The notes under the pieces were generated by a model. The model saw only the letters and a program-made list of their open reading frames with translations, was not told where the DNA came from and did no database searches. From Basidiobolus meristosporus CBS 931.73 (Eukaryota; Fungi; Basidiobolomycota): DNA of 64,000 nt. Shown piece by piece: positions 1-10,604 of the stretch. The stretch spans positions 62,001 to 126,000 of the forward strand of contig MCFE01000191.1 in the NCBI GenBank assembly GCA_002104905.1, given 5' to 3'. Both the position numbers and the translations under genes were made by a program. Position 1 is the stretch's first letter. Every line of letters begins with the position of its first letter.

Positions 1-2767
1 TGACTTATATTCCATCATATTTGGAAGCCAATATAAGTAACTTAAATGAAGAAACACCAATGCTTTGGCACAGGAGATTTGGACACATCAATTTTGATTA
101 TTTGCGTAAAATGATCAGAAATCAGCTAATTTCTGGAGTGAAAATTGATCCCCCAGCTAATTTGGAGCAATGTGAAGCCTGCATATATGGGAAACAAGCC
201 AGACAACTGTTCAAGAGCTCTGGGTTAATCAAAACTAAGAAAAAATTAGATCTAATTCACTCAGATCTGTGTGGACCTATGCAAAATTTATCCTTAGGCG
301 GGATGAAGTATTCAATCACTTTTATTGATGATTATACAAGATACACATGGGTCTACTTCATGGAGAGAAAGGAAGAAGCTCTGTCTAAGCTCAGGGAGTT
401 TAAAGCCATGGTGGAGAGAGAAACTGGTAAAAAATCAAGAAAATACGCTCTGACAATGGTGGAGAATATACCTCAAAACTCTTCATCCACTTCTACATAA
501 TTCATGGGATAAAGCAAGAGACTACTGTACCATACTCCCCACAGCAAAATGGAGTAGCAGAACCAGCTAACAGATCAATAATTGATATGGCAAGATCTAT
601 GATCCAAGATCAAAAATTATCCTATGATTTTTGGGCGGAATCAGTTGCCACTGCTGTATATCTTAAAAATAGGAGTTATAACAGAATACTTTGTGATTCT
701 ATCCATTTGAAGCATGTTATGGATACAGACCAAGTGCAGAACATCTAAGAATATTTGGGTGTACAGCATATGCCAAAAAACTGGCCGGAAATCAGTCAAA
801 ATTTGAGCCAAAAAGTGTAAAATGCATATTTTTGGGCTACTGCAATGAGAGTAAGGCATACAGACTATACAATACCAAAGCAAAGAAGCTTATCAAGTCC
901 AGGGATGTGTTGTTTTATGAAAATTCAAAATTTTCACAAAAAGTGACATCAGATGATGACAAAAATTTGATCTCAAGTCCACCAATTGTCAGGATTGAAT
1001 CAGAGCAAAACAATGAAAACTTTTTCACTCCAGAGGACTCTACAACCGTGGTTCAGCCAGAATCAGTGCCCAGGAATATCCCAGAAGTGATCATTCCAGT
1101 ATCAAATGCCTGGAGATCCAATTGGACAAGAAATAGCCCAAATTACTATATCAATGAGGGTACAAACTTAGCCTATGCCTATTCAGTCCATATTGATGAG
1201 CCCCAGACTGTAAAAGAGGCCCTAAATAGCCCTCAGACAAAGTTTTGGAGATCTGCAATGACTGAGGAATATCAGGCCCTGATGAAAAATCAAACTTGGG
1301 ACTTGGTCAAATTACCAATCAACCAAAAATCAATTGGATGCAGATGGGTCTTCAAGACAAAATACAAGGCTGATGGTACAATTGAAAGATACAAAGCAAG
1401 ACTTGTAGCCAAAGGATACTCTTAAACAAAAGGACTTGACTACACTGACACCTTTGCACCGGTAGCCAAGTTTAATCCCAACAGATTAATATTGGCTATT
1501 GCAGCCAAATATAAGTTATTATTCATCAAATGGATGTAAAAACTGCATTTTTGAATGAAGGACTTGATGAGGATGTGTATATGGACCAGCCTGATGGGTT
1601 TGTTGACCAAGATAACCCCCATTTGGTCTGCAAGCTTAAAAAGTCACTATATGGTATCAAACAATCACTGAGAGCCTGGAATTGCAAGATAGATTCTTAT
1701 TTGGAATCCTTGAGTTTCAAAAGAAGTAATGCTGACTATAGTATATACTATAAGCCAGATAGAGCAAATCCAGTTCTATTAGCTCTATATGTGCATGATG
1801 TTATTATAGCTGCCAATAACCTAGAAACATTGGAAGAGACTAAATTCAGCCTATCTAGGGAGTTCAAGATGTCTGATTTAGGAGAACTTAGTTACTACTT
1901 AGGGATTAAGTTCTCCATAGACAGAAGTACCCAGACTATTACCCTAAGCCAATCCAAGTATATTCAAGATATACTAAAGAAGTACAAAATGGAAGACTGT
2001 AAACCGGCAGCTACCCCAATGGAGACAAACATTAACTTGGTCAAAACTCAACCAAATCAAGAGAGCTTGGTGCCACCTGAAAGCCCTGACTTTCCTTATC
2101 AATCTATGGTCGGCAGTCTGATGTATACCATGCTTGGAACACGACCAGATATCTCATATTCAGTGGGAGTTGTCAGCCAACATAATCAGAACTATGGATC
2201 TGATCATATTGCAGCAGTTAAGCGGATTTTTAGATACCTAAAAGGAACTGCTGATATCTGCTTAAGATACACTTATAAGGACTCAGAACAAGATCTTGTG
2301 GGATACTCTGATGCAGATTGGGGACAAAATTTAGAAGACAGAAGATCCACCACAGGATACACCTTTCTTTATTGTAAAGGAGCAATTTCATGGAATTCAA
2401 GAAAAAACCAACCATAGCATTTTCCACCACAGAGGCAGAGTATATGGCAGCCTGTGAAGCTACAAAAGAAGCAATGTGGTTAAGAAAGCTGTTTACAGAT
2501 TTAGGCCTATGTCAAAAAACGCCTATTACTTTATTTCAAGATAATCAAGGATGCATACAATTAGGTAGAAATCCAACTTTTCATGCTAGAACCAAGCACA
2601 TAGATATTAGACATCATTTCATACGTGAAGCTATAGAGAATAACTTAGTTAGCTTAGTTTACTGTCCTACAGATGAATCAATTGCAGATATATTTACCAA
2701 GCCATTAGCTAGAGACAAGTTTGAATATCTTAGGTTAAAATTAGGACAAGTCAGTATGAACATTTAG
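1..2767 (+). pseudogene. pol: Copia pol (integrase, RT, RNase H), broken by frameshifts and stops
   Basis: ORF pieces 21-500, 832-1425, 1530-2417 and 2390-2767 are collinear with 38255-41395. Confidence 0.93.
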
Positions 2768-2778
2768 CTGAGTGGGAG

Positions 2779-3126
2779 TGCTGTAAAAATTTGTATTTCC
2801 ACCTAAATATTCACCTAACTTAGTCACTTATATCATCACCTTCAAATCCTAGAGAATATTGACCAAATTCCTTGTTGGGATTTACTAATATATTTTCACC
2901 AAAATACCAGGTACCCAGAACATGAAAATTCTCAAAGTTCTCTAAACAGCCCCAAACTTTGCACACATGTTCTTGGGACCTTCCTTAACCTATTCTACAT
3001 GCTTGTAATGCCAAGACCAGGTAAAAGTATAAATACTACTTTTACATTCAATAAATCATTAAGTGAAAACCACATAATCTACTTGTTCTCCCAATCACTT
3101 CCAATATCTCCAAGACTCTTACAACA
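2779..3126 (+). repeat. Copia-A 3' LTR
   Basis: TG(C)TGTAAAAA...CTTACAACA; matches 37072-37420 and 41407-41754. Confidence 0.95.
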
Positions 3127-4139
3127 CTTTGTTGGCTATCATTGCTTATTAAAGCATTATCTTCTTCCTTCTTATTGGTGCTTGATTTTCTTAATTCTTC
3201 ATCCAGGAGCCTTCCATAAATGTGCTTTAAGGTCAAATATTCAGTGCTGGACTCTAGGGCTGCTACAAGGCCCTGAAGCTCATCTGTCAGGCTATTCAGG
3301 GTGGTAACTATCACATCCTCATCAGTAGTGGGTACACCCACAGATTCCATCTCATCCACCAGCCGGCTAATTCTGCTAATTAGATTTTTCATTTCTTCTC
3401 CAGGCTGCATCTTTGTAGTAAAGAAATTTCATGTCAGATACATTTTCTTAGCAGCCAAACATGACTGGTAGGTGTCTTCTAATGCTTTCCAGGCATTCTT
3501 TGCCATTTTTGCTCTTGAGCATTGAACCAGCAATTTGTCTTTAACATTGAGGCAAATGCAATTAAAGGCACTTGGTTCTTTCTTCTGGTACCTTAAGACT
3601 TCCTCTCCCACATTTTTAGGAGAGTATTCTTCTCCCATGATAATATCCCAAAGGCCTCTTTCTTCTAGCAGCATCTTCATCTTCACCTTCCACACTTAGT
3701 AGTTAGTGCCATCCAACATTTCAGCAGAGGGAAAAATTCCCATGATACCAGTAGTGACATTGTAGTGAGTGACAGCTTGGGGGTATATCCTGTTGTAAGA
3801 GTCTTGGAGATATTTGATGTGACTGGGAGAACAAGTAGATTGTGTAGTTTTCACTTAATGATTTATTGAATGTAAAAGCATTGTTTATATGCTTACATGG
3901 TCTTGGCATAACAAGTATATAGTATAGGCTAAGAAAGGTCCCAAGAACATGTGTGCAAAGTTTGGGGCTGTTTAGTTAACTTTAAGAATTTTCATGTTCT
4001 GGGTACCTGGTATTTTGATGAAGATATTCCAGGTAAGTCCCAACAAGGAATTTGGTCAATATTCTCTAGGATTTGAAGGTGATGATCTAAGTGACTAAGT
4101 TAGGTGAATTCTTAGGTGGAATTACACACTTTTGCAACA
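3127..4139 (-). mobile_element. gag: Copia-A 5' LTR (3791-4139) plus gag fragment, cut off by the + strand copy
   Basis: Minus ORFs 3429-3695 and 3048-3410 match gag at 37452-38063 (WKVKMKMLLEERGLWDI, YGRLLDEELRK). Degenerate PBS just left of 3791. Confidence 0.9.
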
Positions 4140-5560
4140 TTTGAGATACCAGAGAAATTTGAAAGAATTGGCAAGATATTACAGAGTATCTGCTTCCCTA
4201 GGTACCTCTCATGAGCTCCAATCAATATTTGTACGCATATGCAACAATAAAAATGCAAAGACTGGATGAACTGGATATGAGTTTATTCAAGTGGCATTCT
4301 AAAACCATTTCTCCCAAGAGTACACTGGAAGCATTGGGGGTCATATGTGGATATTGTATGCATATTCATTCAGAAGCAGATCACCAATGCCAATTTGATG
4401 CATTTACAGCTGTTGTGCAAGGAGTTTGTATTGGGATTTGAGTGGCTATACTACAAATATAAAGCTCAATGTGTAGATCTATGCTGATACTGTATCAATA
4501 CTCTACTCCATCTTGCTTGGTATGCGGAGAATATTGGGCCTTGCTTCACATTGTGGGAGTTTCCTATGGAGCAGATGTGTGGGGAGATAGGAAGACAAGT
4601 CAAGTTGCAAGTACTACCATATCCCAATCTCATCAAGAATAATACCTTCAAGTCCATTATGGATGTAATGAGTTGGCCCATGGAGGACAGCCAGGAAGAG
4701 TTTGACAATAATGAGGACAGATGTACACATGCAGACACCTATGCCTATAGCATTAAGGAGTCAAGCAGCCCCAATGAGTGGGTAATTAGTTAAGTAATGC
4801 AAAGCTGGGTTGGGAGCAGCAAGCAACTTATTTTTAATAGGAAAACTCTACCAAGGTATGCTGGATTTCTCATGGTCACAAGCCAACTTCTACACCACTC
4901 AATACAGAATTCACACATACAAGAGCCAGACTGCACCAATAAGTGGGACTAGAATCCAGCTGGGACAAGGAATATATTGGCCAAATACCAATAAGTTCTT
5001 GGGAATATTCAGGAGGTATTCATAGCAGAAGTGGCAACAACAAAGCATATGTTTGCAAAATGTATAGGTAACCAGCAGTACAAGGTACATGGAAACTATG
5101 TAAGCATCACACCAAAAACTGTAAAGCTGAGGTGAAAGAAGTATGTCAATTGTGGCCAGTGTGTGCATTTGTAGAAGTAAGTAAGCAAGAGGCCGTGTTT
5201 TTTTTTGATTCAAACTATATGTGGAATACCCAAGGTAGTAGTGGGTAAGCAAATAAAGAGGGGTGATTCTACAGTGGAATATATGAATAGCATAAGGTGA
5301 GGTAGAAACAGCAAATACCATTTGGTAAATTGTTATAGTAGCATTATACAGAACTAACTATAGGCCGCAATACTGCTGTAATAATGCCTTGAGTGTCTTG
5401 CTGTGAGGCAGTTGAAATACCATCAAACGTCTTGCCAGATAAGGCAATTGGATGAACTGACCAGTTAGATCCATTTAAAATAGTTGTTGAATGCATTAAG
5501 TCCACAACAGTGCCATGCAAGTATTGTTACAGCACTAATCAAGCCCTGTCAAGTTTATAG
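4140..5560 (+). pseudogene. CACTA/EnSpm (Tnp2-family) transposase, C-terminal part and downstream sequence
   Basis: Translation CKEFVLGFEWLYY...LLHLAWYAENIGPCFTLWEFPMEQMCGEI fits the CACTA pattern FExLYY...H...GP...W.F.MER.CG. Homologous to 17610-17900 (-) and 57000-57680. Right end approximate. Confidence 0.75.
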
Positions 5561-6122
5561 CTTTATTTAGCGGGATAATTAACAAAATGCTGTTGTGATC
5601 CCATCACAAGATTGTCAAGAGGGTCACTTATTCCAAGCTGCTGATATTATGATGGTCTCCAGATGGGATCCTGACGGCTGATCTGGATTGGATCCACCCT
5701 GGGACCAAATTATTTTTCATAGTGGATGGTGGAGAGTATAACTAAAAGCTGCTCATACACTTCTACAAGACTCATGGAATAAAGAAAGAGAGTACTGTCC
5801 CATACTCCACACATCCAAATGGAGTGACCAAGTCTGCAAATATATCAATAACTAATATGGCAAGATCTAAAATCCAGGATCATAAATTTTCCCATGGATT
5901 TTGGCCAGGATCAGTTGCAATAGCTGTGTACCTTGGAAATACAAGTTATAGCAGATTACTTAATGCTTCCACTCCATTTGAGGCATAGTGTGGATGCATA
6001 CCAAGGGCAGAGCATCTTTGAATACTTTGTTGAATAGAGTAGGCCAAGAAACTGCCTGGAAATCAATAAATACTTGAGTCCAAAGTGTAAAATGCTTACT
6101 CTCAGGCTACAGCAACAAGAGT

Positions 6123-7366
6123 TGTGGTAATGGAAAGTATTCCATTACTACAATATCTCTAAACCAATATTGCACTCATTTCTTTATTTTGCTTTTTGCT
6201 ATTGTAACACACAAGAGAAAGATCAAGAATTTCCAACTTTGAAGAGCAAATGCTCCAGACCCTGACAAGCAATCCACCCAAGAATATTATGTCATACAGA
6301 ACACGTAGTAGCCAACACATGTTTCAAATTACAGCTCATTTGAAGCAGTACTTAAGGAGTTATGACCAAAAGAGTGCAACTATTATATATACTATGCCTT
6401 ATTGCTAGGATTACTATGGTGACTTTGATCGCGTGTAACTTTTGAACCAGCCAATCAAATCACGTGAAATTTTCACAGGTGCTGCGCCTATGTCCGATCT
6501 GCGCCACTGCAAAAATTTTAGCTTTGTATCACGTGTATTGCTTGCGCAATTGCCCAAAAACTTTGATCCTTCAAAATTTTCATATATATGACTTCCCCAG
6601 CTGAAAAATAAAGGGAGAGCCTCTCTTTCCAGAATCTCCACACTACAATTACAAGTTTAAAGGTTATAAGACTTCCCCTGCATCACTTGCACTGTTGAGT
6701 ATTCTGACTTTGATTGGTACTACATCAGTAAAGAGACTGCAAAGCTCACAAGAATCCAATCTAAGTTCTACAAGAAACTACCACTTTTCTGTCGGAAAAG
6801 TCCCCTCTAAGAAACCCCTTTACTCTAAAGACACCCCTTTAGACACCCCTTTAGTCTAAAGACCCCTTTAGAGACCCCTTTAAGAAACCCCTTTACTCTA
6901 AAGAAGCCCCTTTAGGCACCCCTTTAGTGTAAAGTCCACTTTAGAGACCACTACAAGAAGCCCCTTTACTCTAAAGACACCCCTTTAGACACCCCTTTAG
7001 GTCTAAAGACCCCTTTAGAGACTTCTACAACACACCCCTTTAGGTTAAAGGGGAGTTCAGAACTTCCATATTAGGAAATATTTTCTCAGAAAGGAAAGTG
7101 ACTTCCAAATAAGGAAAAGTTACTATAAAAGTAAATAAGCCCATTAGTCAACAGAAGGTCAGAACACTGCTGTAGAAGTGATAAACACTGCCTACAGTAT
7201 ATTTTGAGCCCAAGATTGAGGAAATTAGTGAAAGTTATATCTTCTATCGGTATATCAAACTCCCAATAAACTATTTCAGTATTAGCATACTGGAAGTTGT
7301 TGCATATTGTTGATTAGCCTCTGCGTTGTAGAACAAGTCCCAAACTAATCATAATACAACACAACA
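6123..7366 (+). mobile_element. Solo LTR, family D (LTR of the young Gypsy-A)
   Basis: TG...CA ends; 4-bp TSD GAGT (6119-6122 and 7367-7370); near-identical to 59940-61177, which is followed by a PBS and gag. Confidence 0.93.
6801..7053. repeat. C-run minisatellite (core CCCCTTTA) inside LTR-D
   Basis: About 14 CCCC runs in units such as ACACCCCTTTAG; closed by an inverted copy CCCCTTTA-GGT-TAAAGGGG. Confidence 0.9.
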
Positions 7367-7685
7367 GAGTACAGCCTTTAGACTGTATGATGCAGAAGCA
7401 AAGATGCTAATTAAATATAGAGGTATGCTGCTGGATGAGTATCTAAGCATACACAACAAAAAGAATCAGATGATGATCAAGATCTGGTCTCAAATCTACC
7501 AACAGTCAGGATTAAAGCAGAGTAAGGCTGTCAGAGTTTTTCACTCCAGAGAGCTCTGCAGCTATAGTTCAGCCCAATTGAGTACCCAGGAATATTGCAG
7601 AAGTAAGAATTGCAGTATTGCAAGGCTGGACATCATACTAACTGGAAAATGCTCAGGGACAATACTAATGATGGCACAAAATTAG

Positions 7686-8314
7686 CCATGATTAATAATC
7701 ACTTAGCCAGTAAGAAAAGTGTATAAGGGAGGCTATCCCTCAACAATAAATCATCATCCCATTTATCAATATACCAGCTTGTTGATTAGTGCAATCACTG
7801 CTACCTGCTACTACCTGTACTTCCAACCCCAGACCACAGGACACTCCCAGGAAACTGTGCTGACAGCCAACTGACCTTGAAGGCACTACTTGTGAGGAAC
7901 ACTCAGAGTAGGTATATTTTATTATAGTTGATTCTTTCCCAAGTTTGTTTTTGTACAGGCAAAGATACTTTTCTATCTTTGTAACTATTGACCACAGCTG
8001 CATTCTGTATCAAGTCTCTGCTGGTGGAGTTTACAGTTGTTTTGACTTTGGAAGCTTTAGTACATTGTCATCTCAAAGGATGCTGAACCCAGCACATACT
8101 TTTGTTAAAATGTCAACTAAGTTGAGGATTGTAGCTCAATAGTTTTCCCTTGACAAGCTTGTGGCTTTATTCCCCTTCACATTAGATTAGAGACAGAACC
8201 CAAGTATTCCTAGCAAGCCTTTGTCAGAGGTTATCACACCCAGTGAACACCCCACACACAAAACACTTGAGAAGTGTTGGGCATATCTCTCCCTTGGACC
8301 TATACACCACCACA
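7686..8314 (+). repeat. LTR family G, 5'-truncated
   Basis: Collinear with the 3' half of 52303-53353; ends CACCACCACA. Confidence 0.85.
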
Positions 8315-8661
8315 ATGGTCTTAGCATTACAAACACGTTCTTGTTTGATTATCAATGATTATTAAGGCATTTTCTTCTACCTTCATATTGGTGCTTGATT
8401 CTCTTAATTCTTTGTCCAGGAGCCTCCCATATGGTGTAAGAGTCTTGGAGATATTGGAAGTGATTGGGAGGACAAGTAGACTGTGTGGTTTTCACTTAAT
8501 GATTTATTGCATGCAAAAGTAGTATTTATACTTTACATGGTCCTGACATAACAAGCACATCAAAAAGGTTTAGGAAGTGTTGTGTTGTATTATGATTAGT
8601 TTGGGGCTTGTTCTACAATGTAGAGGCTAATCAACAATATACAACAACTTTTAGTATGCTA

Positions 8662-9173
8662 TGTTATGAATAGACAGAAGGCAGGAGAGTAGAACTAGGC
8701 AAGGCAGGACCAGGAAAGGACTTATGTGTGGATCAACAAGGCAAGGCTGTTTATTCAAGACCTGTGTTTATCAGACTGTGGAATACTTAAGGGGGGATAG
8801 GATTATATATACATTTTAGCTATACTGATGCCAAGAGATATTGGCTAATACTAATGCGGTTGTGGGGTGAGGCACAGCAATGGTGCTGGGGATGATAACA
8901 TAGATGACACGGCACTGAAACCAGATGGGGAAATGGGATGGGTCACCTGATCATGCGGCTAAGTCATGTGACCTGGTATTTCCATATATGGTACTGAGCT
9001 ATGAAAAATACAATGGGAAGCTTCCATGGAATGTTCCATTGTGTAACAATGGTTTGGAATGGACAGGAACTTTCTGGAAGGATGGTAGAAAGTTCCAGAA
9101 GGAATCTCTTAGAAATTGAGCTAGGAAGCTGAAACTTGGCATGGGTGCTCATGGTTGTCATGTGATCATGACA
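8662..9173 (-). mobile_element. Solo LTR, family E
   Basis: TGTTATGA...TCATGACA; 5-bp TSD TGCTA (8657-8661 and 9174-9178); homologous to 56455-56963. Confidence 0.85.
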
Positions 9174-9800
9174 TGCTAATACTGAAGTAATTTATTGGGA
9201 GTTTGATACATCAATAGAAGATCTAACTTTCAATAATATCCTCAATCTTAGGCTCAAAACATACTATCAGCAGTGTTTCTCACTTCTACAGCAGTGTTCT
9301 AACCTTCTATCAACTAATGGGCTTATTTACTTTTATAGTAAATTTTACTTACTTGGAAGTCACTTTCCTTTCTGACAAATACTTCCTGATATGGAAATTC
9401 TGAACTCCCCTTCATCCTAAAGGGGTGTGTTGTAGCAGTCTCTAAAGGGATCTTTAGACCTAAAGGGGGGTCTGTAGAGTAAAGGGGCCTCTTGTAGTGG
9501 TCTCTAAAGTGGAATTTACACTAAAGTGGTGCTTAAAGGGGCTTCTTTAGAGTAAAGGGGTTTCTTAAAGGGGTCTTTGGACTAGAGGGGTGTCTTTGGA
9601 GTAAAGGGGTTTCTAAGAGGGGACTTTTCCAACTAAAAAGTGGCAGTTTCTTATAGAACTTAGATTGGATTCTTGTAAGCTTTGCGGTCTCTTTACCAAT
9701 GTAGAACCAATCAAAGTCAGAATACTCAACAGTGCAAGTGATGAAGGGGAAGTCATATATATGAAATTTCTGAAGGATCAAAGTTTTTGGGCAAATGCGC

Positions 9801-10604
9801 TGTGGTGGTGTAGAGGTACTCCTGGGAGAAGCTACACAACTCAAGGTGTGAGAGGTGTCTGATTGGTGCAATAACCTCTGTGTCTAAACTGCTGGTGTCT
9901 TTGTCAATATGTCACTATGGTAAAAGCTCCTGCTTCTCTAGCTTCCTAGGTGCTCCAAGTGTCTCCAAAGGCCTCTGTGTGTCTTGTGCACTAGCCTGAA
10001 AAGCTCCTTGATGGCAGGTCTGAGATGTACTGTTGAAGGCAGGTGCAGTGATCAACTGCTACTCAATAAGGTAGAAGTGTTACTGATAGAAGGGATGATT
10101 TATTGATGAGGGATTGCTTTCCCTTATATACTTTTCCTGATTGCCAAGTGATTTGTAATGAAAAGGTTCTAGAAGATTCTAGGCATCAGTGGAGTTCTTG
10201 ATGACATCACTATGAGCTAAAAATATGCCAAGAATGTCCTGGAAGGTTCTAAAAGGTACAGCACATTCAACCAATCAGGAATCAGTAGTCTGAAGCCTGT
10301 GTAACATAGATATACCATATATGGTATTGAAATGGTAGGGATGGTAACACAGACCTAGGTCATGTGTCATGGGTACTGAAGCGGGTAATTGCCTTATGTA
10401 GATACATATACTGATCAGAAAGCTGAATAACATCTGGGATAACTAATGCTAATAACTAATCAGGGTAAACATCATATGGGGATAATACTGATAATATGGG
10501 CAAAAGAAGAATGAGATAATGCTGATAAGATAAAATATGGATAAGTATATCATAATGACTATATGAATAAACTTGTCTGTGGTAGATATGTTCACCCTAC
10601 CACA
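9801..10604 (-). mobile_element. Solo LTR, divergent member of family G
   Basis: TGTGGT...ACCACA; TSD GCGC (9797-9800 and 10605-10608); central blocks match the reverse complement of 52560-52810. Confidence 0.85.

Larger units (their letters stand above)
1..3126 (+). mobile_element. Copia-A LTR retrotransposon, 5' part outside the window (integrase-RT-RNase H, PPT, 3' LTR)
   Basis: ORFs give GAG-pre-integrase (LWHRRFGH), integrase (HSDLCGP, FIDDYTRY), RT (KARLVAKG, MDVKTAFL) and RNase H (GYSDADW, RTKHIDIRHHFIRE). PPT TGAGTGGGAG at 2769-2778; LTR 2779-3126. Confidence 0.95.
5740..7685 (+). pseudogene. Old copia integrase remnant split by solo LTR-D (pieces 5740-6122 and 7367-7685)
   Basis: DNA is collinear with Copia-A integrase (about 500-1000) on both sides of the insertion. 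Confidence 0.75.

Noticed and set aside
641-883. Antisense ORFs over copia and gypsy pol (also 39324-39509, 46119-46346, 32087-32488)
   Set aside because: These are shadow frames of the retroelement coding strand.
5590-5610. Short hairpin TGTGAT-CCC-ATCACA
   Set aside because: A 6-bp stem seen once is expected by chance in 64 kb.
6123-6152. Helitron 3' hairpin
   Set aside because: There is no following CTRR end. The hairpin is the first 30 nt of a TSD-flanked LTR that precedes a PBS and gag at 59940.
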